Positions 11,412 to 21,340 of a DNA stretch of 62,203 nucleotides are shown here, in pieces. Every line of letters begins with the position of its first letter. The stretch's first letter is position 1. Under the pieces are notes generated by a model. That model was not told the origin of the DNA. It did no database searches and was given only the letters and a program-made list of their open reading frames with translations. The stretch comes from Phycisphaerae bacterium (GTDB lineage Bacteria > Planctomycetota > Phycisphaerae > SM23-33), in NCBI GenBank assembly GCA_049975485.1, contig JBNGDC010000007.1, forward strand, positions 26,153 to 88,355. Direction: 5' to 3'. Made by a program: the position numbers and the translations under genes.

Positions 11412-11427
11412 TGCCGATAATCCGGTC

Positions 11428-11456
11428 AGTATAACCGACCAGGCCCCCGCCGCCAA
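11428..11456 (-). promoter_or_regulatory. Putative sigma70 promoter of uvrA
   Basis: TTGGCG-N17-TATACT on the minus strand, ending 16 nt before ATG 11411. Confidence 0.5.
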
Positions 11457-11539
11457 GAAAACCGCATCGTCGCCGGCGGGCGTCAAGCCCTAAGCGTTTG
11501 ACATAACAAACGTTACGTAATACTAAAGGCGCCTTATAG

Positions 11540-11586
11540 CGTTGAGCAGTTAAACCGTTGAACCGTTAAGCCGTTCAACTGTAACC
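11540..11586. repeat. Octamer tandem repeat (GTTRARCM)
   Basis: gttgagca gttaaacc gttgaacc gttaagcc gttcaact. Same family as 2543-2583. Confidence 0.65.
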
Positions 11587-11719
11587 GAGACGATATGCAT
11601 GAGCATCTGACGGGACGTTGCCCAAAACTCAACTGATTGCCGAGTGCCCCTGATCCACCCACTGTATAGCAAAAAAATCCGGCTGTCCTCTGTGCTCTCT
11701 GTGTCTCTGCGGCCCAGAC

Positions 11720-13795
11720 CTATCCGCCGGTCAGCAGGTCGAGTTTGCCGGCGTAGAGCTTGAGCATCTCGCTGCGGAGGCGTTGATGGTGCGGTGCGTT
11801 CAGGCCCGGGTCGGACTTGACTATCGCGAAGGCGTCCCGCCTGGCCAGTCGGAGCAGTTCGAAGTCCTCCACCAGGTCCGCGACCTTCAGTTCCGGCAGC
11901 CCGTGCTGGCGCGTGCCGAAGATCTCGCCGGGGCCCCGCAGACGGAGGTCCTCCTCGGCAATTTTGAAGCCGTCGGAGGTCTTTTCGAGCACTTCCAGGC
12001 GTTGCTTGGCCATCGCGGTCGTACCGCCGGCGACGAGTATGCAGTGCGCGTCGTCGCGGCCTCGGCCGATGCGCCCCCGAAGCTGGTGCAACTGCGCCAG
12101 TCCGAACCGCTCCGCGTGCATTACCACCATTACGCCGGCCGACGGCACGTCCACGCCGACCTCCACCACCACCGAGGCGACCAGCACCTGCACGCGCCCC
12201 TCGCGGAAGTCGCCCATCACGCGGTCCTTCTCGTCCGCGGGGAGCTGCCCGTGCATAAGCGCGACGTTGAAGTCCTTCAGCGGACCCGCCGAAAGCTCCT
12301 CGCAGGCGTCGCGGGCGGCCGTCAGGTCGGAGTTCTCCGACGGGTTCACCAGCGGATAGATGAAATACGCCTGCCGGCCCGCCGCCAGTTGCGACCGGAC
12401 AAACTCAAGGACCTCGTCCATCTCGCCGTGGCCGGCCACGCGCGTGGTGGTCTTGCCCCTTCCCGGCGGAAGCTCGTCTATTACGGATACGTCCAGGTCG
12501 CCGAAGACGGTCATCGCCAGCGTCCGGGGGATGGGGGTCGCGGTCATCACCAGATAGTGCGGGGCGTAGCCCTTGCCGCGGATGCCGCTGCGCTGGCGGA
12601 CGCCGAACTTGTGCTGTTCATCCACCACCACCAGCGCCAGCTCGCGGAAGCGGACGTCGCCTTCGATAAGGGCGTGCGTGCCGACGACCATGTCAATCTC
12701 GCCGTCGGCGAGCCGGCGCCGCGTCTCGGCTCGCTGGTCCCTGCCCTGGCTGCCGACCAGCAGCGCCACCCGCACCCGGCTGCCGGAGAGATATTCGCTG
12801 ATGTTGCGGTAGTGCTGAGAGGCGAGTATCTCCGTCGGGGCCATTATCGCCACCTGCTTGCCGCGCGCCACGGCCAGCAACGCGGCGTACAGCGCCACGA
12901 CCGTCTTGCCGGAGCCGACGTCGCCCTGCAGAAGGCGGTTCATGGGCCTTTCCCGGGCCAGGTCTGCGCATATCTCTGAAACCGCCCTGTCCTGGGCGGC
13001 CGTCAGCTCGAAGGGAAACCGCGCACGAATGCGCCTATCCACCTGCTCGGTCACCTCAAGCGGATGGGCCGGGCGGGATACCTCCCGCATCCGCGTCAGA
13101 GCGATGCCGAGCTGCATGAGCAGGCATTCCTCGTACGCCAGGCGGCGGCGGGCGCGGCCCCACTGCTCACGGTCCTCGGGGCGGTGCATGGCGGCGACCG
13201 CCTTGGCCCGCGGCATGAGCGCCCGGCTGCGCAGAAGCTCGCGCGGCAGTATCTCCGCGACAAGGTGCTTCGCGCCCGGCAAGACGTTCGAGATGACCTT
13301 CGCTATCTGGGCGCTGGAGAGATTCGCGCCGGCGGGGTACACCGGCAGAAGCTCGTCGCGACCAAGGTCCGTACCGGCGGGGTCCCAGATGGTCTGGAAC
13401 TGCGGGTTTACGAACTGAAGCGCTTCTTTGTACATGCCCACCTTGCCGCTGACGGCGATGGTCATGCCTTCCTTTATCTGCCCGCGGAGGTAGCCGCCGT
13501 GAAACCACTTTACGCCGACCCACCCGGTCTCGTCACGCAGCGTGCACTCGAAATAAGGCCGCCGCCCAAATGACTTGTAATCCGTGAACACCACCTCGCC
13601 GGCGACGGTGGCGGTGTCCTCGTCACCACGGAGCGTGCCGATGGGCTGGGCCTGGCGGCGCAGGTCGAACCGCCGGGGGAAGTAGGTCAGCAGGTCCTCG
13701 ACCGTACGGATACCAAGGGCGGCGAGCTGCTCGGCGCGCTTGGGACCGACGCCCTTGACGAAACGCACCTCGGTGTCCGGCTTGATATCGGCCAC
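11720..13795 (-). CDS. recG: ATP-dependent DNA helicase RecG
   Basis: VKGVGPKRA, LLQGDVGSGKT, DEQHKFGV, MTATPIPRTL, QLRGRIGRG and DLRLRGPGE. GTG start at 13795 chosen because the longer ORF overlaps the LysM gene. Confidence 0.97.
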   Translation of the reverse strand: MADIKPDTEVRFVKGVGPKRAEQLAALGIRTVEDLLTYFPRRFDLRRQAQPIGTLRGDEDTATVAGEVVFTDYKSFGRRPYFECTLRDETGWVGVKWFHGGYLRGQIKEGMTIAVSGKVGMYKEALQFVNPQFQTIWDPAGTDLGRDELLPVYPAGANLSSAQIAKVISNVLPGAKHLVAEILPRELLRSRALMPRAKAVAAMHRPEDREQWGRARRRLAYEECLLMQLGIALTRMREVSRPAHPLEVTEQVDRRIRARFPFELTAAQDRAVSEICADLARERPMNRLLQGDVGSGKTVVALYAALLAVARGKQVAIMAPTEILASQHYRNISEYLSGSRVRVALLVGSQGRDQRAETRRRLADGEIDMVVGTHALIEGDVRFRELALVVVDEQHKFGVRQRSGIRGKGYAPHYLVMTATPIPRTLAMTVFGDLDVSVIDELPPGRGKTTTRVAGHGEMDEVLEFVRSQLAAGRQAYFIYPLVNPSENSDLTAARDACEELSAGPLKDFNVALMHGQLPADEKDRVMGDFREGRVQVLVASVVVEVGVDVPSAGVMVVMHAERFGLAQLHQLRGRIGRGRDDAHCILVAGGTTAMAKQRLEVLEKTSDGFKIAEEDLRLRGPGEIFGTRQHGLPELKVADLVEDFELLRLARRDAFAIVKSDPGLNAPHHQRLRSEMLKLYAGKLDLLTGG

Positions 13796-13818
13796 TGCGT
13801 CCGCCTTCGCGTAACGGC

Positions 13819-14241
13819 TCAGCGAGCGGGGATGCGGAGTTCCTGGCCGATGCGCATTTCCTGCGGGTCCAGACCGGGGTTCATCTCCACGATCTCCCGC
13901 CATCTCTGCCCGTCGCCGAGCAGTCGCTCGGATATCGACCAGAGCGTGTCGCCCCGCTTCACCACGTAAGTTGTCGAGCCGGGAACCACATCGGGCGGAA
14001 GCGGCTCGTCCGGCTGTCTGGCCTCATAGGTGGCGGCCGACGGGGCCTCGTCCGGCTCGTCCCAGGAATACTCCCGGCTCGGCGCGGGCTGCGGCGATGT
14101 CTGGTCGGACGTCTCGGAAGGCGAGAGCCGATCCAGCGAGCGTTGCGGGGGATCGTCGATCTCCGTGGTCTGCACGCTGTTGTCTTTGTTGCAGCCGAGA
14201 AGAAGCCCCGCCAGTAAAACTGCCGTCAGTGCGTAGCGCAT
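13819..14241 (-). CDS. LysM peptidoglycan-binding lipoprotein
   Basis: Lipobox LLGC, acidic/Pro linker, C-terminal LysM (YVVKRGDTLWSISERLLGDGQRWREIVEMN...IGQELRIP) and a GGAGG RBS. Confidence 0.9.
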   Translation of the reverse strand: MRYALTAVLLAGLLLGCNKDNSVQTTEIDDPPQRSLDRLSPSETSDQTSPQPAPSREYSWDEPDEAPSAATYEARQPDEPLPPDVVPGSTTYVVKRGDTLWSISERLLGDGQRWREIVEMNPGLDPQEMRIGQELRIPAR

Positions 14242-14346
14242 GGCACATCCTCCGTGAAGGTCCGTGAAATCCATATTGCCGATGGTACCACCGTCGCGGG
14301 GGCTGTCAAGCAGTGCGGCCTCGACGATCCGGCACTTCCTCCGCCG

Positions 14347-16296
14347 TTACTCGCTGGCCGCGTGCCAGCGGTACATGTTCTCAGTAACCTCCCGGGCGGC
14401 CTCGACGAGTTCCGGGTGCGGCTGGTCGGTGATATCCACGAAGCCCACCGGCTGGTCCTCGCCGTCCTGGAATCGCCCGGTAAGCGGCTGGTCGGCGTGC
14501 TGGAACCAGTGGCAGCCCAGGCCGAACGGCATCTTCACGAACTCGCTGACGTACTTGACGTAGCCGGTCCTTCGCTCGGCCGGCGTGAACGCCTGGTACA
14601 GCGGCTGGAGCTGCCGCTCGCTGAGCAGCGGCAAGTGGTGTTCGCCTATCTGGATAGGCCGGCCGCTTACGTCGTGCCAGGGCTGGAACTCCTTCCGCTC
14701 GGGGTATAACCCGTAGCAGTTGACGCTGACGATGTCGGAATACTCCCCGGCCGCTTTGACTATGCCCTCGGCGGGCATGCGCCGCACGAACCTACAGCCC
14801 ATGTACATGTGGTTGGGGTCGTGGCTCTTGAGTATGCGGCGCACGGTGGAGAAGTATTTCTCGGCGTAGAGCGCCTCGAAGTCGTCCATCGCCTGCCGCG
14901 CCGGTCCGCTGTCGGGAATCTGCTCGTCGGTCATCTTCGCGACATCCGACCAATCCGAAAGCTCCACGCCCAGGACCTTGCCCGCTTCGGACAAATCGGC
15001 AAACCGCTCGCGGCAAAAGTCCGCCCACGCCTTGTGGACGGCCGCGGCGGCGTCGGCCGAGAGCAGACGCATGTTGTTCCACGGCATCTCGTTATCCACA
15101 AAGTAGCCGATGAGCCACGGGTCGTCTGCGTGCGGGGCCGCCAGCTCCGCGAAAGATTCATCCAGCATCTTCTCCCACTTCGGGTCGAAGACGTCGGCGA
15201 AGCGCCTACTGGCCATCGGCGCGCCTTCCAGTCGGCTGCCCAGCGTGCGAACATGCGGGACCACCTGCTGGTCGAGCATGATCTCCTGCGACCAGTTCGC
15301 GATGGTGGTGAACCCCCACTTGCTGAAACGCTGAAGCACGCGGTCGCGCCAGCCCTCCAGCGAGCCGTACTTGCGAAGTATGTTCCACTTGTAGAAGCTC
15401 AGCCCCTTGTCCAGCCAGGCCGATGCGTAAGGACCGTCCTTCTCCGGCAGCTCTTCGTAGAGGAACTCCCTGCCTTCGGTGGGCGTCTGGTCGGTGGTGC
15501 GCACGCCGGTGGTCCCGACGGACAGAAACGCGTTGCCCTCGGGGTCAACGGTCCACCAGCGGCCGTCCGCGTCCTGCTCGACGCGGAAGAAGCCCGTCGC
15601 CTCGAACTTCGGCGCGTCGGGACCTGTCCAGCCGCCGAAGGCGTCGCGGTCGGCCGGCGGGTCCATCTTCGCGAGCTGCTCGGCCTCTTCCTCGGCCGCG
15701 GCGCGTAGCTGTTCTTCGCTGGTGACCTTGTTCGGCCAGTCGCCGTTGACCCGCTGTCCCAAGCGGTCCACGCACGCACGTGGCGTGTCCGACTCGGCCG
15801 GCACCAGCACCAGGTCCTTCAGGACGACCTCTCGCGGGCCTTCGCCCTCAAACTCCGCGGAGACCTTCACGCCCGTCGGCTCGTACAGCGGCTTGATGCC
15901 CGCGGCCAGCGGCAGGTCGATAAGGTCGATGTTCAACTCGCCGGTATCGCCTGCGGAAAGCTCGGCCGTCTCGACCAGGCGACAGCGCGCATGCAGGATT
16001 GTCAACGTGAGCGTCAGCGGCTTGTCGCCGCAGACGGCCGTGAGCTTCAGCGCGTCGTAGCCCTTCCAGTTTTCGGGCATATCGACGGCCTGGGGCAGCC
16101 ACTCCACCGAAGCGCCGCTCTCGGCGAATTCCACTGCCGGCCCGCCATCGGTCTGTCTGCACTCGGCGCGGTCGAGGGAGACCTGCGTGGTTTCCACCAT
16201 TCCCCCGCCACCGCCGAAGAACGTCTCGTAGCGCTGGGAAGCTTCGCGGCGGGAAGGATCGGCGAGATTCGTAAGCTTCGCTTGCTGCTGGGGCAT
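14347..16296 (-). CDS. GH50-like glycoside hydrolase (beta-agarase/beta-galactosidase-like)
   Basis: ATGFFRVEQ...WWTVDPEGNAFLSVG, WGFTTIANWS, LIGYFVDNE (acid/base), DPNHMYMGCRF, PIQIGEH (nucleophile) and GCHWFQHADQP. Confidence 0.8.
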   Translation of the reverse strand: MPQQQAKLTNLADPSRREASQRYETFFGGGGGMVETTQVSLDRAECRQTDGGPAVEFAESGASVEWLPQAVDMPENWKGYDALKLTAVCGDKPLTLTLTILHARCRLVETAELSAGDTGELNIDLIDLPLAAGIKPLYEPTGVKVSAEFEGEGPREVVLKDLVLVPAESDTPRACVDRLGQRVNGDWPNKVTSEEQLRAAAEEEAEQLAKMDPPADRDAFGGWTGPDAPKFEATGFFRVEQDADGRWWTVDPEGNAFLSVGTTGVRTTDQTPTEGREFLYEELPEKDGPYASAWLDKGLSFYKWNILRKYGSLEGWRDRVLQRFSKWGFTTIANWSQEIMLDQQVVPHVRTLGSRLEGAPMASRRFADVFDPKWEKMLDESFAELAAPHADDPWLIGYFVDNEMPWNNMRLLSADAAAAVHKAWADFCRERFADLSEAGKVLGVELSDWSDVAKMTDEQIPDSGPARQAMDDFEALYAEKYFSTVRRILKSHDPNHMYMGCRFVRRMPAEGIVKAAGEYSDIVSVNCYGLYPERKEFQPWHDVSGRPIQIGEHHLPLLSERQLQPLYQAFTPAERRTGYVKYVSEFVKMPFGLGCHWFQHADQPLTGRFQDGEDQPVGFVDITDQPHPELVEAAREVTENMYRWHAASE

Positions 16297-16601
16297 CTGT
16301 GGCTCCTGAAACTAGAGGTTTGCGAATAACGGAGACCACGATTGTGCCCCAAACAGCCTGCGGATACAAGCCGCCCCCGCTGTTTTTCCACAAACCGTAT
16401 CCGGGTTTGCGACCCCAATCCGCACCGGAAAAGGCGCCGCCTCCGCTCGTCGGTTACCGCAACCAAGCAGGACTTGCAGTACCGAAGGCATATGTTTGGT
16501 GATGCACAATTCCTTAGCGGGGCATTGGTGAACATGCTCCTGCTGCGCAGGAACATGGCACCCGGCCCTCCTTTGACGACATTCCGCAAACTGAGCCGGT
16601 C

Positions 16602-17435
16602 TTACTGTTCCTGTAGCGCGTCGGCGATGGCGGCGTTGAACTGCGGCAGGTCGCCGGGCAGCCGGGAGGTAATCAGGTTTTCGTACTCGACCACCGGTTC
16701 GTCAACGTATTCGGCGCCGGCCTCGGTAAGCTCATCTTCGATGCCCGAGTACGCCGTTACGGTGGCGCCTTCCAATACACCCGCCGTCACCAGCACCTGC
16801 GGGCCGTGGCAGATGGCCGCCACCGGCTTGCCGGACCGGAAGAACTCGCCGGCGAAGCTCACGGCTGCCTCGTGCTCGCGCAGATTCTCCGGCGAGTGTC
16901 CACCAGGGATGACCAGCGCGTCGAAGTCGTCAACCGAAACATCCGCGACGGCGGTTTCCACCTCGATTTGCTCGTCGCTGTTGTAGGCCGTCACAGACCC
17001 GACTACCGGGCCTACGACAGTGACTTCCGCGCCCAGTCCGCCAAGGTACTCCATCGGGCTCATCGCCTCGGCGTCCTGGAAGCCCTCGGTCAGCAGCATC
17101 GCCACGCGCTTGCCCGCCAGCGGCTGAAGCATCCCGGCCAGATCGTCGGCGTCTTCCTCAACCTCTTGCCGGGCGGCGTCGGCGGCCTCCTGAGCGTCCT
17201 GCTCCGTGGGCGGCTCGGGCAACTGCTCGTCGGCCGGCGGCTCGGGCGCCTCCGGCACCTGCTCTTCGGTCACGTCGCTGATGCCCGGCAACTGATCGTC
17301 GGCGGGCTCTTCAGGGGCTTCCGGCGTCTCGGGCGTCTGTGGCTCGGAGGGTTCCTCCTCGTCGCCACAACCGACGGCCAGCGCCATACCCAGCAGAGCA
17401 ATCATGACCAACGAAATGTTCACATAGCGCAACAT
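16602..17435 (-). CDS. DJ-1/PfpI family protein with lipoprotein signal and acidic linker
   Basis: LAVGC lipobox and a Glu/Pro-rich linker, followed by a PfpI domain (EGFQDAE, ALVIPGG, AAICHGPQVL, LITSRLPGDLPQF). Confidence 0.88.
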   Translation of the reverse strand: MLRYVNISLVMIALLGMALAVGCGDEEEPSEPQTPETPEAPEEPADDQLPGISDVTEEQVPEAPEPPADEQLPEPPTEQDAQEAADAARQEVEEDADDLAGMLQPLAGKRVAMLLTEGFQDAEAMSPMEYLGGLGAEVTVVGPVVGSVTAYNSDEQIEVETAVADVSVDDFDALVIPGGHSPENLREHEAAVSFAGEFFRSGKPVAAICHGPQVLVTAGVLEGATVTAYSGIEDELTEAGAEYVDEPVVEYENLITSRLPGDLPQFNAAIADALQEQ

Positions 17436-17607
17436 GGGGAGTTCCTTTCATTATCGCTCGTTCTCGAAACCAGACATATTGCTCCGGCTTCGGCAGTTAT
17501 TCTATGCGCGGCGCGTGGAGGAAAGCGGGACTACGCGCTCTGTGGAGAATGGGAGCTTTACCCGCCCGCCCCTGCCGGCGGCCGGTCTGCAGCGTGAGCG
17601 AGCGCAC

Positions 17608-17645
17608 AAAAAACGCGGCGCTCCCGGTTGTGCGAGAGCGCCGCG
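17608..17645 (-). terminator. Rho-independent terminator downstream of the PEP-CTERM gene
   Basis: Minus strand: stem CGCGGCGCTCTC / GGGAGCGCCGCG followed by TTTTTT. Confidence 0.8.
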
Positions 17646-17667
17646 CCTAATGTCAATCAGAAGCGGC

Positions 17668-18648
17668 TTATCCGCGTCGGCGACGCAACAGCACGCCTAT
17701 CCCGCCAAGGCCCAGAACCGCCAGTGTGGCCGGCTCGGGAACGTACGTTACCGATATGTCGTCGAGGATGGCCTGTGCGTCGTCGCCGGCCGCCCGCCAG
17801 AACAGGCGAATGCCCTCGATGGTGTCGTACTGTGCGAGATAGTCATCGCCGTTATACGTTTCCGTCGCATTTGCGATGATCTGCTCGCCGACCATGGCAC
17901 CGTCGTACCAGAGCTGCTGGACGAAGTCGCCCTCATCCCACTTCAGTATGTACTGATACTGCTTGTACTCGCTCTGGGAGTAGTTGCCCGCACCGGCGCC
18001 CTCGCAGCCGAACACGCCCGGCTGGGGGCTGTTCCCACCGGGCGACGAGGAGAAGCCCGGCATCCAGAAATCGTCGTTGTGCTCGAACTCGCCCTCGATG
18101 GGGTTGGTGGATGTGTCCGTGCCGCCGCCCCAGATAAGCAGGGCTTCGTTGGCGTTGTGGCGTATCCGCATGTTGTAGGCCGGGCGACCCCACCAGTGGT
18201 CGGAAAAGTCGTTGTACTTGTCGTCCAGCGTCAGGTCCATGCCGCCTTCGGGGTAGTCGTAGGTGTAGAAGACGTTGAAGCGGCTGCCCTCGTTGCTCAG
18301 CGAACGGTTGTCCCACCTGGCGTTGAACGTGACGTTCAACTCGGCGTTCTGGTCGCTGATGTCCACAGGCGAATCGAACACGAAGTCCAGGCACTGGAAC
18401 ATCCTCAGTTCGTCGCTGCCGTAGCCGGTGGCGGCCTGACCGGCCGAGGAAATGGACACCTTGCCGGCGCCGTCGGCGTTGGTGGTGAACGCGCTGGTAG
18501 GCGTAGTGTTGCCTCCCCAGGTGACGGCCTTGCTGAGGTCAACCCAGTTGCTCAGGTCGCTGAAATCGTCGTTGAGAAGCACCTGCTGTGCACCGGCCGA
18601 CGCGCAGAGAACCAAAGCCACGAGAACGACGGGAACTAGACGGATCAT
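17668..18648 (-). CDS. PEP-CTERM surface-sorted protein
   Basis: Signal peptide and C-terminal VPEPATLAVLGLGGIGVLLRRRRG. AAGGAG RBS. Confidence 0.93.
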   Translation of the reverse strand: MIRLVPVVLVALVLCASAGAQQVLLNDDFSDLSNWVDLSKAVTWGGNTTPTSAFTTNADGAGKVSISSAGQAATGYGSDELRMFQCLDFVFDSPVDISDQNAELNVTFNARWDNRSLSNEGSRFNVFYTYDYPEGGMDLTLDDKYNDFSDHWWGRPAYNMRIRHNANEALLIWGGGTDTSTNPIEGEFEHNDDFWMPGFSSSPGGNSPQPGVFGCEGAGAGNYSQSEYKQYQYILKWDEGDFVQQLWYDGAMVGEQIIANATETYNGDDYLAQYDTIEGIRLFWRAAGDDAQAILDDISVTYVPEPATLAVLGLGGIGVLLRRRRG

Positions 18649-18745
18649 GACTCACATCTCCTTTTAAGACTGCTCGCTCGCTCTGCCGCGGCCCCTCCGA
18701 GACCCTCCAAATGCTCCGCGGCGTCACCTATTCGGAGCTGTGACT

Positions 18746-18773
18746 ATTATACGGAAAATACCGTATTTGACAA
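18746..18773 (-). promoter_or_regulatory. Putative sigma70 promoter with embedded palindromic operator
   Basis: TTGTCA-N16-TATAAT (minus strand), with ATACGG-N6-CCGTAT at 18749-18766 spanning the spacer. Confidence 0.6.
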
Positions 18774-18907
18774 GACTCTATTTCCGGTGACGTGCCGGCG
18801 GAAGCCGCCGGTGAGATGACAGGAACCAACCTCGTACCGACCGGCTGGCGGGTGCATGCACAAGATTTTCTATTTATGGACCTTACGCACCAGAACCGCA
18901 AGAGACA

Positions 18908-20011
18908 TCACGGCAGCGAGGCCACCGGCGGCTCAGCCATGGTCTCGCCCGGGCTCTGGAGTATCAGCTCCCCGAAACCGGACGTCATGTAAAGGTGGTG
19001 CTCGTTTTCGTCGCCGACGACAACCAGCGCCTCGACCGACTCCTGCCCCTCTACCAGCCCCAGCCCAGACGGTCCGAGCACGCTCAGGGCCGTCGCCCAG
19101 GCGTCCGCGGCCAGGGCGTCGCCGGCCACCACCGTCACCGACGGGGCGGTATCCGCCGGCTGCCCGGTGCGGGGATCGATGATGTGGCTGTACCGTCTGC
19201 CGTCCACTTCCGAGTACCTGCGGTAGTTGCCGCTGGTGCAGACAGCCGCCGCGGGCAGACGGAGACGCATCATCGGCTCGCTCGATCCGGGGTTGAAGGG
19301 GTCCTGCAGGCCGATGGTCCACTCGTCGCCGCCGGGGCGGGGCCCGAAAAAGCGCATGTCCCCGCCGACGTTCACCAGTCCGCCGGTGCTGCCCAGAGAG
19401 CGCATGGCCTCTATCGCACGGTCCACGGCGTAGCCCTTGGCGATGGCGCCGAGATCAACCTCGGCCGAGTCCCGCCGCTTCATTACGCCGTCGCTTTCGC
19501 CGGGAAAGAACTCGAAGTCGTCCCACGTGCTCTGCTCGCGGGCCTGCCGAATATCCTCGGGCGAGGGTACGCGCCCGTGCTCGCCCGCCTCCGCCCAAAG
19601 CTCGAACACCGGAGCGGCCGTCGGGTCGAAGGCCCCCTCGGTCAGCTCGGTAAGCTCCCGGCACCGCTTCAGAAGCTCCACGGTCTCCGGCGACATCGGC
19701 ACAAGCTGCCCCGCAGGGGCGGAATTCAGCGCGCCAAGCTCCGACTGCTTTATATGAACGCTGAGGCGCGACTCCATGGTCCGCAGGACTTCCTCGGCCA
19801 CTTCGTGGGCCTGCTCGCCCAACTCCTCCTCGTCGGCGCGGACGACGGCGGTAATCTCCGTCTGCGTGCCCATGATGCCGGGTATGGAGCGCGGACCGAC
19901 CTGGATCAGGATCGGATCGCTGCCGCGGCTCTTGAACAGCCCGACGAACGTCAGCGCCAGGATGCCCGCGAACGTGCCTCCCCACATCACGCGTCTGGCA
20001 GCCAATGACAT
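18908..20011 (-). CDS. apbE: FAD:protein FMN transferase
   Basis: N-terminal TM, IMGT, GAFDPT, DLGAIAKGYAVD, AVCTSGNYRR, SHIIDPRTG and ADAWATALSVLG. Confidence 0.95.
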   Translation of the reverse strand: MSLAARRVMWGGTFAGILALTFVGLFKSRGSDPILIQVGPRSIPGIMGTQTEITAVVRADEEELGEQAHEVAEEVLRTMESRLSVHIKQSELGALNSAPAGQLVPMSPETVELLKRCRELTELTEGAFDPTAAPVFELWAEAGEHGRVPSPEDIRQAREQSTWDDFEFFPGESDGVMKRRDSAEVDLGAIAKGYAVDRAIEAMRSLGSTGGLVNVGGDMRFFGPRPGGDEWTIGLQDPFNPGSSEPMMRLRLPAAAVCTSGNYRRYSEVDGRRYSHIIDPRTGQPADTAPSVTVVAGDALAADAWATALSVLGPSGLGLVEGQESVEALVVVGDENEHHLYMTSGFGELILQSPGETMAEPPVASLP

Positions 20012-20054
20012 GTGACACCTCCCGCGGCCGGGGCTTATCCCGGCCGCCGCAAGC

Positions 20055-20402
20055 TCAGCCCGTGCCGGAATTGTGCTCGGCGGTCACCACCGAGCGGATG
20101 CCGCCGCGTGTGCTGAACCGCCCGGTCACCTTCATCCACTTCGGCGAACAAGCCGCTACAAGATCATCCAGAATCCTGTTTACCACGTCCTCGTAGAACA
20201 CGCCTACGTTGCGGTAGCCCTGCAGATAGAGCTTCAAGCTCTTCAGCTCGATGCAGGCCGCGTCGGCGACGTATTCCACCACGATGGTGGCGAAGTCCGG
20301 CTGAGCGGTCTTCGGGCAGACCGACGTGAACTCCGGCGCGATGTGGCGGATTACGTAATCCCGTTGAGGGTGTGGATTGTCGAAGGTTTCAATGTCGGCC
20401 AT
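20055..20402 (-). CDS. queF: NADPH-dependent preQ0 reductase (type I QueF)
   Basis: [28 protein letters not shown] and RGGI. Confidence 0.95.
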   Translation of the reverse strand: MADIETFDNPHPQRDYVIRHIAPEFTSVCPKTAQPDFATIVVEYVADAACIELKSLKLYLQGYRNVGVFYEDVVNRILDDLVAACSPKWMKVTGRFSTRGGIRSVVTAEHNSGTG

Positions 20403-20457
20403 GCCGCACCTGTCGCTCCGGGGGCCTCGCCGCCCCGACCCAATTAGCTTACCCGGT

Positions 20458-20486
20458 TTGCTTCCGGAGATAAAGACGGGTAATTT
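20458..20486 (+). promoter_or_regulatory. Putative promoter for leaderless queC
   Basis: TTGCTT-N17-TAATTT-N7-GTG, with no SD sequence. Confidence 0.45.
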
Positions 20487-20493
20487 TAGCGAC

Positions 20494-21204
20494 GTGGCCG
20501 CTGCGCCGGACAATCCGAACGCCCCGCCGGCCGTCGTGCTGCTCAGCGGCGGGCTGGACTCCGCCACCACGCTGGCAATCGCCCGCGCCCGCGGGTTCGC
20601 CTGTCATGCGCTGACGTTCGAGTACGGCCAGCGGCACCGACACGAGCTGGCCGCGGCGGAGCGCATCGCCGAGTCGCTGCCGGTGGCGGATCATCGCGTA
20701 GCCCGGCTGGATTTGACGGCGGCCGCCGGCCTCGGCCGCAGCGCTCTGACCGACGAGATGGAAGTCCCCAAGGACCGCCTCGACGACGGGCACATACCCG
20801 TGACGTACGTTCCGGCGCGGAACACCATCTTCCTTTCTCTGGCGCTGGCGCGTGCGGAAGTGCTGGGGGCGTGGGACATCTTCATCGGCGTCAATGCGGT
20901 GGACTACAGCGGGTATCCGGACTGTCGGCCGGGGTTCATCGAGCAGTTCGAGCGTCTGGCGAACCTCGCCACGGCCGCCGCCGTCGAAGGCAACGGGCGA
21001 TACACCATCCACGCACCCCTGCTGCACATGAGCAAGGCCGAGATCATCCGCACCGGGCTGGAGCTGGGCGTGGACTACTCGCTGACGCACAGTTGCTACG
21101 ACCCCGCGCCCGACGGCGCCGCCTGCGGGCATTGCGACGCCTGCCGCCTGCGCCTCGCCGGCTTCAAAGACGCCGGCGCCACCGACCCGGCAAAGTATCG
21201 TTAG
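20494..21204 (+). CDS. queC: 7-cyano-7-deazaguanine synthase
   Basis: [36 protein letters not shown] and THSCY...CGHCDAC. Confidence 0.96.
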   Translation: MAAAPDNPNAPPAVVLLSGGLDSATTLAIARARGFACHALTFEYGQRHRHELAAAERIAESLPVADHRVARLDLTAAAGLGRSALTDEMEVPKDRLDDGHIPVTYVPARNTIFLSLALARAEVLGAWDIFIGVNAVDYSGYPDCRPGFIEQFERLANLATAAAVEGNGRYTIHAPLLHMSKAEIIRTGLELGVDYSLTHSCYDPAPDGAACGHCDACRLRLAGFKDAGATDPAKYR

Positions 21205-21242
21205 ACGCAGGGCGGGGCTAGCTTGCAGGCGGAGCATGTTAA

Positions 21243-21290
21243 CCCCTCCCCCATTGAGGGGGAGGCCGGCCCGCAGGGCCGGGAGGGGGT
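21243..21290. repeat. REP-like palindromic element between convergent genes
   Basis: CCCCTCCCCC-ATTGA-GGGGGAGG followed by CCGGCCCGCAGGGCCGG. Confidence 0.55.
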
Positions 21291-21340
21291 GTTTGGCTAA
21301 AATCCGTAGGGCTGCCCTGGGCAAGCAAGGTACCCTCTGG

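Noticed and set aside
11547-11586. LexA/SOS box upstream of uvrA
   Set aside because: The GTTGAAC...GTTCAAC symmetry arises from the octamer repeat that also occurs at 2543.
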